Part shown: piece after piece, positions 1 to 10,163 of the stretch
Layout: every line of letters begins with the position of its first letter
Position numbering within the stretch: position 1 is the first letter of the stretch
NCBI GenBank assembly: GCA_965372795.1
Contig: CBDVDR010000001.1
Coordinates: 224,001 to 288,000, forward strand
Reading direction: 5' to 3'
Source: an uncultured bacterium
GTDB lineage: Bacteria; Zixibacteria; MSB-5A5; GN15; FEB-12
DNA: 64,000 bases
Translations under genes and position numbers: made by a program
The notes under the pieces: model-generated
What the model was told of the DNA's origin: nothing
Databases searched by the model: none
What the model saw: only the letters and a program-made list of their open reading frames with translations

Positions 1-70
1 CCACAAAGAAACAACCCATGATCACGAAGAATACCCCAAGTCGCAATCTTTCCTGACGGGTGCGTTTCAT
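1..70 (-). CDS. ftsI: 5' end of probable septal penicillin-binding protein FtsI (partial, runs off window)
   Basis: ATG at 70 overlaps the ftsL-like stop (ATGA); translates MKRTRQERLRLGVFFVIMGCFFV, a basic N-terminus plus TM start; position after mraZ-rsmH-ftsL. Confidence 0.6.
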   Translation of the reverse strand, partial: MKRTRQERLRLGVFFVIMGCFFV

Positions 71-561
71 TCTGCCCCCTCCATTACTCTGGTTGAGTCC
101 ATACGAATAATTTGCAATTCATCTGCCCGTAATTCGTTCTCGGTTACAATCGGGATGAATTCAGCAACCCTTTTTATAGCAGTCATCATCTTATCAAGAT
201 CATCAACATCCGCTTCACTCTGGCCGTCGCCTAATAGAGTGTACAAATTTTCTGGAGAGATCGCCTTCATGCCAAGTGTATCTGTGGCATACTGTTCAAT
301 GCGTGAGGCAAGAGACAGAGTAGCTATGCTGGAGTTAACTTTTTTAAGATAATCCAAAAGCAGCTTGTTTTCATTCTTTAATACAGCCACATCTTTTACC
401 AGTTCATATACTTTTACTCGCTGCCAGATATGAAAACAGGACGCCAAGACAACCGCACCGGCAAGAATTGTGGCCGTAAAATAGCGGTGAGAACGGAAAC
501 GATTCAATAAAGTCGATTTAATTTCAACTGTTTCTTTAAATTTGCGAACAGCCTCTTTCAT
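67..561 (-). CDS. ftsL: Cell division protein FtsL-like
   Basis: Single TM then coiled coil with SRIEQYATDTLGM motif; directly after rsmH. Confidence 0.7.
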   Translation of the reverse strand: MKEAVRKFKETVEIKSTLLNRFRSHRYFTATILAGAVVLASCFHIWQRVKVYELVKDVAVLKNENKLLLDYLKKVNSSIATLSLASRIEQYATDTLGMKAISPENLYTLLGDGQSEADVDDLDKMMTAIKRVAEFIPIVTENELRADELQIIRMDSTRVMEGAE

Positions 562-562
562 C

Positions 563-1516
563 TCAAACTTTCTCCGCGACTCTCATTTTAGCCGAACGTG
601 CTCGACTGTTTTCCCTGATTTCATTTTCATTCGGAATTATAATTTTTTTATTAACAATCTTAATCGCAGCTTTGTGGTTGCAAACACAAATCGGAATCTC
701 CGGAGGACAATGGCAGTCCTTCGCCTCATACTGAAAGAATCGCTTAACAATCCTATCTTCAAGGGAATGATATGAGATAACCGCTAATTTGCCACCCTGC
801 TTTAATAACTTAACTGCTTGTGGAAGGACCAAACTGATTTGATTTAATTCATCATTAACAGCAATTCTCAACGATTGAAAAACTCTTGCAAGAGATTTTG
901 TCTGATGGGGCGGTTTAATAACAGACATCACGATGTCTGCCAATTGACCAGAAGTGAGGATCATTTTCTTTTGTCTTTCCCTGACAATAGTTGCTGCCAA
1001 TGCTTTTGCTCTTTTTTCCTCGCCGAACCTAAAGAAGACTCCGGCTATTTCTTTTTCATCTTCTTCATTTATAAAATCAGCCGCTGTTCTTTTAGAAGAC
1101 TCACTCCCAAATCGCATATCCAACGGACCATCCGCTTGAAAAGTGAACCCGCGCTTCGGATCGTTGAGCTGCAATGATGACAATCCGAGATCAAGTAACA
1201 TTCCATCGAATTCTCGATCTTGTAGCTCTTCAATTCTTTGGCCGATATTAACATACGAATCGTTTATTATCCTTACTTTTTGTTTACAACTTGCAAGATT
1301 TCTCTCTGCTATAACTGCTGCCTCAGAATCAATATCAAATCCATAAAGACGAGCCCTCGAATTCAAAATTTTTGATAAGACTGTAAGATGTCCACCGTAA
1401 CCAGCTGTTAAATCTATATAGGCTCCGCCCAAGTCCGATACCAAATGCTGAACAACTTGTTCTGCCAGTACCGGAATGTGGATACTACTCTTCGAGTTTA
1501 AACCCATCTCCTGCAA
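563..1516 (-). CDS. rsmH: 16S rRNA m4C1402 methyltransferase RsmH (exact start uncertain)
   Basis: HIPVL, DLTAGYGGH, DLGLSSLQL, GPLDMR, ISYHSLEDRIVK, NSRARSAKMR motifs. Confidence 0.97.
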   Translation of the reverse strand: MQEMGLNSKSSIHIPVLAEQVVQHLVSDLGGAYIDLTAGYGGHLTVLSKILNSRARLYGFDIDSEAAVIAERNLASCKQKVRIINDSYVNIGQRIEELQDREFDGMLLDLGLSSLQLNDPKRGFTFQADGPLDMRFGSESSKRTAADFINEEDEKEIAGVFFRFGEEKRAKALAATIVRERQKKMILTSGQLADIVMSVIKPPHQTKSLARVFQSLRIAVNDELNQISLVLPQAVKLLKQGGKLAVISYHSLEDRIVKRFFQYEAKDCHCPPEIPICVCNHKAAIKIVNKKIIIPNENEIRENSRARSAKMRVAEKV

Positions 1517-1964
1517 ACAATCTTTCAGCTACCTCTTCATAGCTTTTGGAGTATTGCTCCAAATAGTACTGGTAACGATCAGGATTCCATATCTCGATCC
1601 AACCACTGACACCTATGACCTGTAAGTCATGCTTAAGATCAGCTTCCCTTATCAAATGAGATGGAATCAAAATACGACCACTTTTATCAAGTGTAACCGT
1701 TCCAGCTGAAGCATAAAAACGGCGGCTAAAAAACCTGAAATCTTTCTGAGTAAAATTAAGGGAAGAAAGGCGGTCCTGGATGCTGGCCCATTCTGTTTCC
1801 GGATAAAGACTGAGACATCCCTCTAATCCTTTAGTGATTATCAGGTTACCTTCAAGTAACAATTTCTTGGATGAAGGATCCTGGACAGAGCGTAGTTTCG
1901 CCGGAAGTGCAAACCGCCCCTTGCCATCCAAGGTAGTCTGATACTGTCCATAGAAACCGCCCAT
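1485..1964 (-). CDS. mraZ: Transcriptional regulator MraZ
   Basis: Two DxKGR/DxSGR repeats; ATG at 1964 with GGGAG-type RBS. Confidence 0.95.
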   Translation of the reverse strand: MGGFYGQYQTTLDGKGRFALPAKLRSVQDPSSKKLLLEGNLIITKGLEGCLSLYPETEWASIQDRLSSLNFTQKDFRFFSRRFYASAGTVTLDKSGRILIPSHLIREADLKHDLQVIGVSGWIEIWNPDRYQYYLEQYSKSYEEVAERLFAGDGFKLEE

Positions 1965-1970
1965 GTACTC

Positions 1971-2037
1971 TCCCACTTTATTCCACATTTCGACAATTAT
2001 TTACACAAAGTATCACATTTCCCCCACTGATTGTCAA
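1971..2037 (-). promoter_or_regulatory. mraZ promoter (TTGACA-17-GATACT) overlapped by GTG(G) boxes at about 10-bp period, probable MraZ operator
   Basis: -35 at 2037-2032, -10 at 2014-2009; CAC on + strand at 1974, 1984, 2004, 2014, 2025. Confidence 0.7.
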
Positions 2038-2342
2038 GCTATTTCTTTGACATTATTGATAAATAATCAGACCCTAACTCAATTTAACTCAATAACTAAT
2101 GAAACAAATATTATTGGAATTTTTGTAACACCTTGAAGACAAACAAAACAGAGAGGAAAATTATTCTCTTGACTTGTTCACTAAAATCCGAAAATACCCT
2201 CTATTTATTGAGTTACACCCACACTTAACTAAGTAATAATAGGACCACTACCCCAGCCCCCAATAGCCCCCTTCGTCACAAGCTGTTGCTGTGTAGCCCT
2301 ATAACCATATTATTTTCTTTACAATTAACCCTATTCGGCAGA

Positions 2343-2358
2343 AGGCTGACTTTTTGCA
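2343..2358 (+). promoter_or_regulatory. Possible sigma-54 (-24/-12) promoter for the C25 peptidase
   Basis: AGGCTGACTTTTTGCA has GG-N10-GC with TTTTTGCA, about 40 nt before the start codon; partial match only. Confidence 0.3.
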
Positions 2359-2397
2359 TTTTCCTTAATTGGTTCAGGATGAAACCAGGAGGATTTT

Positions 2398-4689
2398 GTG
2401 AGAATTGCTAAGTATTTAATAGTTTTAATAATGTTCGGGTCAACAATTGTCAGCGGGAATGATTATACTCTAAAGTTTAATAATGATTCTCTGGATATAA
2501 ACGAGTCTGATGATTCATATTTCTATCAATCATATCAGAGCTTCCAGTTGGAAAATGGTGCTAAACTAAGTTACACCAAACTATATCTTAAACTTTCAGA
2601 AGCCAAAGATATTACTAAAATCTCCTCTGGCAGCGAATCATCTGAAGTAGGATTCTTATTATCAGATGCTTCTTTTTCAGACTCTGCAACATCTGAAAGT
2701 AATGCTTACCAGACCGTAGAAAGTTACTCATCAAAATCAGGTTATGGTTCAAAAGCGATTCAAATTAATGGAACTGTGAAATACGGTAATAATATTTATG
2801 CCGAACTATTGGTCTTTCCGATTACCTTATCCGAAACCGGCAGTTTACTCTTTCACCGAAATATAAATATTTTTATTCACACCCGTCAAGTTTCAGCCAA
2901 TGAACTGATCACGAATATCAATTTTATTAACAACACGACTCTGAATCTTTCCCCAACATTCGGAGCTATTGAATACCTGATTGTAACATCCTCGCAACTG
3001 TCAGAACCAATGGAAGAACTGAAAAATTATAAAACCTCAACCGGCATTTTAACTGAGGTTGTGCTGATTGAAGATATTTTAATTAATTATTCAGGCAGAG
3101 ATGATGCTGAAAAACTAAGGAATGCCTTAAAAGAGTTTTACAATAACGGCGGTCATTCGGTTTTGCTTGTCGGCGATGAAACAATCCTTCCGGTCAGATA
3201 TGCATATCCGTTATCAACCAACCTTACTCCCTCAATCGAATACCAACAACTTTGTGATCTATATTTTGCTGATATGACCGGTGATTGGGATGTTGACAAC
3301 GATGGTGTTTGGGGTGAAGTCATTCATGATAATCCTGACATCATTCCGGAACTACGAGTCGGGAGATTACCATTTAATACTGTTACTGAATGTAAAAACT
3401 ATGTTAGAAAATTAATAACCTATGAAACAGATCCGGGATGGGGCAATAAAGGATACTTGAACAGAGCATACTTCTTTTCATCAGATCAGATGCGCGATTA
3501 TGACGGCGGACAGCACACATTAATATCCACAGCTTATCCTCAACAGATTGAGATTGATACGGTCACCGGCGTTGAAGCTTCAACCGGATCCGATCTTGCC
3601 CCATCCAATCTTGATGCGGCTCAATTAGTTGATATCCTCTCCAACGGACAGGGCTTTATCAATATTATCGCCCATGGCAGAAGCGACGGTTTTGCCGTAA
3701 GAACTTCCGGTTACAATAACTGGCCCAAATCATACTTCCTTGCCGATGCTGAAAATACGGGGCATGGAACCTTTGACTCGCTCAAACAAAACGGTAAAGT
3801 CGGTTTTTACTATTCTTTAGCGTGTGACAATGGTGGCTTTGATATGGATCAATCGCCGTTTAATATTCCCAATCCAAACCTCGCCCAGAAACTTCTTGGT
3901 TTAAAAGATGCCGGCGCGGTTGCTTTTGTTGCCTATTCCCGCTGGGGCTGGATAAAAACCAGCCATCTTTTGCAAACCTCTTTTTATGATTCTCTATTTG
4001 CACACCCTGAAAAACCGGCTATTGATGCTATGTATGCCTCAAAATCAGCTTATTCATATTATCGTGATTTAATTTATGGACAGCTGTTTTTTGGAGATCC
4101 AACGCTTAAAATTTATACTGACCTTCCTAAACCTGTTGATATTAATTATAAAAAAACCGAAACCGGAATTGATATTAATATCTCATCTTCAGCTAGCCCG
4201 ATTAGTATGGGCAAAGTTATTATCTCGGATGGACAAGATATCATTGCGATAGGCATAACCGATCAGGATGGTTTTGTAGAAATTTCAGAAGGACTTGAAA
4301 ATGTAAATGATTTTATTATCACGGTTGTAAAAGATGGATATCTAACCAAACAAACTACCAGTTCAACCTCTATTGTTACTGCTGTCGAAGATGAAACCGA
4401 AATCATGCCCGCATCTTATGAATTAAAACAAAATTACCCGAACCCGTTTAACCCGTCGACAACTATTTCATTCGAAATTGATCGCAAAAGTAAGCTAAAA
4501 CTTTCTATCTATAACATTCTCGGACAAAATATAATAACTCTGACAGATGAGACTTATTCTCCGGGTACCTATGATATTGAATGGCGCGGACAGGATTCAA
4601 ACAGCAACCCTGTTGCATCAGGGATTTATCTTTATAAGCTTGAAACCGAATATTTCAGCGAGATCAAAAAGATGGTGCTATTAAAATAA
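2398..4689 (+). CDS. Secreted peptidase C25 (gingipain-like) with FlgD/T9SS-type C-terminal domain
   Basis: Signal peptide; VLLVGD, VGRLP, catalytic AHG and ACD, FGDP motifs; C-terminal QNYPNPFNPST...VASGIYLYKL...KKMVLLK; AGGAGG RBS. Confidence 0.88.
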   Translation: MRIAKYLIVLIMFGSTIVSGNDYTLKFNNDSLDINESDDSYFYQSYQSFQLENGAKLSYTKLYLKLSEAKDITKISSGSESSEVGFLLSDASFSDSATSESNAYQTVESYSSKSGYGSKAIQINGTVKYGNNIYAELLVFPITLSETGSLLFHRNINIFIHTRQVSANELITNINFINNTTLNLSPTFGAIEYLIVTSSQLSEPMEELKNYKTSTGILTEVVLIEDILINYSGRDDAEKLRNALKEFYNNGGHSVLLVGDETILPVRYAYPLSTNLTPSIEYQQLCDLYFADMTGDWDVDNDGVWGEVIHDNPDIIPELRVGRLPFNTVTECKNYVRKLITYETDPGWGNKGYLNRAYFFSSDQMRDYDGGQHTLISTAYPQQIEIDTVTGVEASTGSDLAPSNLDAAQLVDILSNGQGFINIIAHGRSDGFAVRTSGYNNWPKSYFLADAENTGHGTFDSLKQNGKVGFYYSLACDNGGFDMDQSPFNIPNPNLAQKLLGLKDAGAVAFVAYSRWGWIKTSHLLQTSFYDSLFAHPEKPAIDAMYASKSAYSYYRDLIYGQLFFGDPTLKIYTDLPKPVDINYKKTETGIDINISSSASPISMGKVIISDGQDIIAIGITDQDGFVEISEGLENVNDFIITVVKDGYLTKQTTSSTSIVTAVEDETEIMPASYELKQNYPNPFNPSTTISFEIDRKSKLKLSIYNILGQNIITLTDETYSPGTYDIEWRGQDSNSNPVASGIYLYKLETEYFSEIKKMVLLK

Positions 4690-4701
4690 TTTTGTGAGAG
4701 A

Positions 4702-5958
4702 TTAAACCGACCAGGGGGTATTCTCAAGTTTTTGAATCAATCCGGCAAACTTCTTTGCCATATTCTCTGCACTGTATTGTCGGGCATAATCAGATAGGAT
4801 GATCGTTGGAAGTTTATTGGCTGCTGATTTTAACATAAATTCATTCAGATATTCAACCGCCCTGGATAAATCCCCCGTGAAACAATAGCCGTTGTTGCTT
4901 CCCCTGATCAATTTTGCTACCTCGCTATCATCGGTAACATGAGCCAGCAATGGTCGCCCTGATGCCATCAGTAAAAATATCCTTCCGGTTGTAAATCCTT
5001 TTTCTTTTTCAGAAGGCAGCCCCAAATAAAACATTTGAGACTTTGATGCTTGCTGTACAGCTTTCAATCGAGGGAGGAAACCATGAATGAGTGTTTTTTC
5101 GTATAATTGATACTTGTTCAACAACGGCACCAACCATTGTCTGTTTACATTGCCAATCTGCTGCAATTTGATTCTTGCAAAATTTTCAGGATATTTATCA
5201 CGAAACATACTGAGCATTTTCAATAGAGGTTCAATCGGATAAATTTCATCGAAGGTACCGAACAGTCCGATAGTAAACTCTTTTTGTGGCAGCGTTGGCT
5301 GCCACTCTCTTGCCAGAGATTGATCAAAAGAATTCATTATGACTTTGGCGTCACCAAAGTATGAAGCCAGCGTATCATTTACGGTTGTGATAATAGTTGC
5401 TTTGTCTTTTATTTCCTGCAAAAGTGTTTTTGCTTTATCGATAAGCTTTTTATCATTGTAACATTCTTCCAATGGATAACTCATCCAGTAATCCCGAAAG
5501 TCAGCAATCCAGGGGATGCGTCCCTCCATAGAAAGTTGCCTCCCGATTAGATGCGTAGAAACAGGAGGAGAGGTAGAAATAATTGCTTTATAATTATTAT
5601 TCGAAATCAAATTCCGACCCAATTTCAGAGCCGGTTTTACCCAGCCGACTTTGGGATCGGGAAAGAATTTTTCTGAGGCGCTTTTCCCACGGGCAATTGT
5701 TTGCCCCTTAATTTTTCTTAACCCGAGAAGATACATAAATCGCTGAGGATCAAAAGAACCTGAACGATAAATCCTGGATTCATCAAGATCATGAAGTAGT
5801 TCCGGCTCATAAAGGCGATATGTTACCGGTTTAACGGTTAACAGATCACAATCATAACCAAATTCTGGCAGATGCTTATATAATCCTAACGGCCGGCCAA
5901 CGCCGGCTCCCCCAAGAGGTGGAAAATAATAACAAATCAACAGCACCTTTTTATTCAT
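4702..5958 (-). CDS. Glycosyltransferase family 4
   Basis: VLLICYYFPPLGGAG, STSPPVSTH and WIADFRD motifs typical of GT4. Confidence 0.85.
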   Translation of the reverse strand: MNKKVLLICYYFPPLGGAGVGRPLGLYKHLPEFGYDCDLLTVKPVTYRLYEPELLHDLDESRIYRSGSFDPQRFMYLLGLRKIKGQTIARGKSASEKFFPDPKVGWVKPALKLGRNLISNNNYKAIISTSPPVSTHLIGRQLSMEGRIPWIADFRDYWMSYPLEECYNDKKLIDKAKTLLQEIKDKATIITTVNDTLASYFGDAKVIMNSFDQSLAREWQPTLPQKEFTIGLFGTFDEIYPIEPLLKMLSMFRDKYPENFARIKLQQIGNVNRQWLVPLLNKYQLYEKTLIHGFLPRLKAVQQASKSQMFYLGLPSEKEKGFTTGRIFLLMASGRPLLAHVTDDSEVAKLIRGSNNGYCFTGDLSRAVEYLNEFMLKSAANKLPTIILSDYARQYSAENMAKKFAGLIQKLENTPWSV

Positions 5959-5959
5959 A

Positions 5960-7030
5960 TTACTCACCGGCGACTCTCTTTAATACAGAAATATGATCAT
6001 GAATATTTTTCTCATAAATACCAGACTGTTTAACCTTCTCAAAGTTACTTCTTCGCATTGAATCAAAACTGTCGTCAATGTTAATTATCTTTTCAACAAT
6101 TTGCTCAAGAGCTTGATTGTCACCCACTTGATATTTAAACCCGTTTTCATTTGTCAACCATTCCCGAACGCCTTCAATATCGGCCGAAATTGGAATAAGT
6201 CCTAACGCCATCACTTCGATTAAAGAAACCGGCGAGGAATCAGATTTTGAGTTAGACAAATAACAATCGAACCGGGATAAAAACTTGATATATTCTTCAC
6301 GGCTTTTCTTTTCATAAAAATTAATTTTATCACCAACCAGATGTTGACTTTTAATTTTGAATGTCTCTAACTGACTTCCAAAACCGGGGAAAGTCAAACT
6401 GATTTTATCAGAACTAATTAAATCTTTCAACGACTCAACAATAAAATAATTATTGTAAACCGCTTCGTGAGGTCTTGGTACAATAATTTTCAATGGCTGT
6501 GACAAAGTATAATCTTTTTTGTGAACCTCTAACCATTTCTTCTCAATCCCCCATGGAATCACAGAATAATCACAAAAGTCATAAATACTTTTTGCTTTAT
6601 CAATTAAATACTGCGAATCGCCTAAAACATAATTGGCCGAGCTTAACGCCTTTTTGGCTTTATATTTATGCAAGAATGATTTTTGAGGTACCTGTAAAAT
6701 ATCAGACCCCCACAAATTTAGTATCATAGATACTTTTTTATAATTTTTAGTTATCGAATATGCTAAAAAGCCATAACCAGTAGCATAATGAGCATTGATC
6801 ACGTCCGGTTGAAATTCTTTGAGTAGTTCCATAACTTGTTTTTTTGCTAAGACATAATGTAGAAACTTAAACGGCGTTTTTTGTTTTAGAGTAATATGAT
6901 TGACAGTTCCCTTTTCAAGCGATGCAACCTTCACGTCACAACCCTGTAAAACCATTTCATCCACCAAACGTTCAATATGAACTGACCGACTATCGGCAAG
7001 AATCAATACTTTTAACCGTTTAGCGTTCAT
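5960..7030 (-). CDS. Glycosyltransferase family 4
   Basis: INAHYATGYG, WGSDIL and SPVSLIEVMALG motifs. Confidence 0.85.
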   Translation of the reverse strand: MNAKRLKVLILADSRSVHIERLVDEMVLQGCDVKVASLEKGTVNHITLKQKTPFKFLHYVLAKKQVMELLKEFQPDVINAHYATGYGFLAYSITKNYKKVSMILNLWGSDILQVPQKSFLHKYKAKKALSSANYVLGDSQYLIDKAKSIYDFCDYSVIPWGIEKKWLEVHKKDYTLSQPLKIIVPRPHEAVYNNYFIVESLKDLISSDKISLTFPGFGSQLETFKIKSQHLVGDKINFYEKKSREEYIKFLSRFDCYLSNSKSDSSPVSLIEVMALGLIPISADIEGVREWLTNENGFKYQVGDNQALEQIVEKIINIDDSFDSMRRSNFEKVKQSGIYEKNIHDHISVLKRVAGE

Positions 7031-7953
7031 TTTATTTTCCCTAAAAATGATTTATAAACATAACAGGGATACTCGTAGTTCTCTCCGCCCCACTTTTTCT
7101 TATAAGATTCCAGATTTTCTGATCCGGCCGGATTAGCACCCAGATTAAAATATCGAACGCCGCTTGAAGATAATTTCTTAGCTGTTTGATAGGTAATCAA
7201 TTGATTCGGTTTTAAAAAAGAATAATCTTTATCAAAAAATACCTGCCAGTTTAAAGCCTGCTCATTGTCAATAAAATATATATGCGAGGCTGCGCCTTTC
7301 CCTTCATATTCCACCCATGCCCATTCAATCCTCGAATCAGTTTCAGCCATCTGGGCAAGTTGCTCATAAAAACTGCGAGAGTATTTTGGTTTCCGATTAT
7401 GGCGTTCTTCGGTAGCTATCATCAGCCTGATAAAGGCATCCATCTGCTTATTCGCATCAAACCTTTGAACGATAACGCCCTCACGTTCGGCTTTCCTGAT
7501 CTCAGATTGTATTTTTTTATCCGGTGGTTCCCAGTCGTTACTTGAAATATCTATAATATTGGTCGTACAGGTTTGAATATCATAATTTGAATTTGGCTTG
7601 AATGTTTTATTAAAATCATAAATAAATATTTTTGAATATTTTTCTTTTTGTAAACGGTTTAAGATAAATTCGTATATTTCTAACTGGTTTTTGTTGCTTG
7701 ATCTTATCAAAGGCTGGCAATAGCATCCATCCGGCATTGATTGAAATCTTTTTATCAATGAGTTTCCAAACTCAACCCCGCATAGCATTGCAAGAATATT
7801 ACTATCCTCTTCAACCGCCCAAAAAACCGGTGTTCCCCCAATTGATTTCCACAGGTTTAGAAAAGCTAATGAATTATAAAGCGAATGACCGCTTAGGTCA
7901 TTTTCAGAAAATTTAGAAAATTCTTTATCAGATAAACGTATAAAATTCATCAT
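7027..7953 (-). CDS. FemAB-like / GNAT acyl- or aminoacyl-transferase
   Basis: IRKAEREGV, YFNLG and YKKKWGG motifs of FemAB/GNAT proteins found in glycan loci. Confidence 0.75.
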   Translation of the reverse strand: MMNFIRLSDKEFSKFSENDLSGHSLYNSLAFLNLWKSIGGTPVFWAVEEDSNILAMLCGVEFGNSLIKRFQSMPDGCYCQPLIRSSNKNQLEIYEFILNRLQKEKYSKIFIYDFNKTFKPNSNYDIQTCTTNIIDISSNDWEPPDKKIQSEIRKAEREGVIVQRFDANKQMDAFIRLMIATEERHNRKPKYSRSFYEQLAQMAETDSRIEWAWVEYEGKGAASHIYFIDNEQALNWQVFFDKDYSFLKPNQLITYQTAKKLSSSGVRYFNLGANPAGSENLESYKKKWGGENYEYPCYVYKSFLGKIK

Positions 7954-10163
7954 TCCCGCACCAGAAGGATTTTCCCCCTTGAAATATTCCCCTCATCGTC
8001 TGACAAAATAAATAGATAAACTCCCGAGGCAACCGGCTGGTCCTTTTGGTTGGTCCCATCCCAACTGTTGTTAATCGGAAAGGCATCAACCTCTTCCCCG
8101 GCTACAGTATAAATCCGGACGGTTCCGCTTCGGGCGTAATTAAACGATAGAACATCATTTTGATTGCTTATAACAAAAGGATTTGGAAAAGCTATTACAT
8201 TTTCAAGCTGCGCTGTCGGCGTTCCCACAAATGAAAGTATTTTTGAGATCCCCGAAGGTGTGCTGATATAGGTATCTCCGGTGTTACTATCAAAAGTAAC
8301 ATTGTTAATTCGATTGGAGACCAAGCCGCTGTTTTCCGAATTGTAAACTATGATCTCTCCGGTAGTAGCGTTTCTGAAACCCAACCCGTTAACAGACCCA
8401 ATCCAGAGATTTCCACGCCCGTCAAATTCTAAATCAGTAACATCCGAACTCATCATTTCCGGAAGGTCTATATCGACGTAAAACTCAAACCCGGGGTCGT
8501 ACCTTGAAAGTCCGAAGTTAGTCCCCACCCAAAGATTTCCCTCAGGTGAAAACTCAACCACTCTGATACTATTTGAGATTAAAAACATATTTTCAACCGT
8601 ATGATTTTCAATAATAATATCACTATGATCAAACGGATCACTTCCCAGATCGCACATATACAGCCCTATCGCTTCGGTGCCAACCGCAAGGGAATTACCA
8701 TAGACATCCAATGAAACGACAAACTCATTATTTATTCCATCACTCAAACCCAACGAATCCCACGAATTGATATTATCCAGATTATTCATATCGGCATACA
8801 CTATCGGATAACCATTTGCCGCCCGGTAACAGGCAGCATAAAGAAACTCACCATCTGTTTCCAATCCGTTTATCACCACAAAGGTCAACCCGAATGGAGG
8901 ATTATCAGTATTGCCGATCATGGAACTGTTCTGTTCGTCGTAATTAACAAATCCGTTCCCATCCTGCACCCATAAACCCTCGCCAAAGGTTCCAAACCAG
9001 GGGTTGCCCATTGAATCAGTCATCAGCAAGGTTGCATCTCGAAATATAGGCAGATCCGACCAGCTCAAATCAGCCAGCTGAATAGCAGCTCCGCCGGTAG
9101 TATACCCAACCGATATTTGACCGGCTTGATTTATAGCTAAATCTTCGATGTCATTCTGTTGTAATCCGGTAAAACTATATATCTGGAAATCTGTTTGACC
9201 TGAATATATGCCACCCTCGCTTGAGGCAAACCATCGAGCGTTATTATATGACAAACCTGTTATTGGTTTTAATGATGTTGTCAGCATGGTTGTGATTATC
9301 CCATCTTCAATAACCCCGATTCCACCGCTTGTAATATCATAGAAGTAAACGAACAACGAATCAGAAACAAAATTAAGCCGTGCATTCTCAAGGTCAGTTA
9401 ACCCATTAACAGGAGTAACAGTTTCACCATCAATATCAATCACAACCACAGCTCTCGGAGTAGCAGCATACAATTGCGATCCATAATTGACAACTGAAAG
9501 AATAGTATCATTCCCCAGTTCGCTATAGTTAAGCATTCCAAATGTTTTCCAGTTCAATGGTGAATTGAGCAAAGTTGGAATTGACCGATCAGCCACAGCC
9601 ACCCCGTTAGAAGTTGCCAGATAGATAGAATCATCTTTTAAGAAGATATCATACACCGCCGGAGATGGATTTAAATCGCCGAACAATTCATAGCTGTCCT
9701 GAATCTGACCGCCATCATTGATTTTAGAAAACAGAACCAGACCAATATCTGTCCCAACCCACAAGTTGTCGCCATCATCAACAACCCGATGCAGTTTAAT
9801 AAAATTATCATCCCTATCTTTAAATATAAACTGTTGAGAATTCTCAAAATCGAATTTAATCAACCGTCCGAAACCGGTAACCCATTTTTGCCCGTTCGCA
9901 TCCTTGATTATATCAGTTATATCGGTTGTCCCCAGTCCATCAGTATTGATAATTTTACGACCGGGTAATATAGGATCTGTAATTGCTAAAATCCCTCCGG
10001 ATGAAGCGATATAAAGAGTATCATTAATGACCTTCATAGTTCGAACGTCATTAAATGAAGTCATATTTTCCCAGTTAATATCCTGCGCAGATAAAGACAG
10101 ACATAATCCGAAAATTATACTTATAAAATAAGTTACGCCGGAATGAATTTTCTTATTAACCAT
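7950..10163 (-). CDS. Secreted beta-propeller protein with T9SS-type C-terminal domain (PorZ-like)
   Basis: Signal peptide; repeated GNLWVGT/LWIGS propeller blades; C-terminal VIAFPNPF...WDG...VASGVY...GKILLVR. Confidence 0.7.
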   Translation of the reverse strand: MVNKKIHSGVTYFISIIFGLCLSLSAQDINWENMTSFNDVRTMKVINDTLYIASSGGILAITDPILPGRKIINTDGLGTTDITDIIKDANGQKWVTGFGRLIKFDFENSQQFIFKDRDDNFIKLHRVVDDGDNLWVGTDIGLVLFSKINDGGQIQDSYELFGDLNPSPAVYDIFLKDDSIYLATSNGVAVADRSIPTLLNSPLNWKTFGMLNYSELGNDTILSVVNYGSQLYAATPRAVVVIDIDGETVTPVNGLTDLENARLNFVSDSLFVYFYDITSGGIGVIEDGIITTMLTTSLKPITGLSYNNARWFASSEGGIYSGQTDFQIYSFTGLQQNDIEDLAINQAGQISVGYTTGGAAIQLADLSWSDLPIFRDATLLMTDSMGNPWFGTFGEGLWVQDGNGFVNYDEQNSSMIGNTDNPPFGLTFVVINGLETDGEFLYAACYRAANGYPIVYADMNNLDNINSWDSLGLSDGINNEFVVSLDVYGNSLAVGTEAIGLYMCDLGSDPFDHSDIIIENHTVENMFLISNSIRVVEFSPEGNLWVGTNFGLSRYDPGFEFYVDIDLPEMMSSDVTDLEFDGRGNLWIGSVNGLGFRNATTGEIIVYNSENSGLVSNRINNVTFDSNTGDTYISTPSGISKILSFVGTPTAQLENVIAFPNPFVISNQNDVLSFNYARSGTVRIYTVAGEEVDAFPINNSWDGTNQKDQPVASGVYLFILSDDEGNISRGKILLVRE

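Noticed and set aside
2075..2100. Short TAACTCAAT direct repeats in the mraZ/C25 spacer
   Set aside because: Low-complexity AT-rich context; cannot be distinguished from chance
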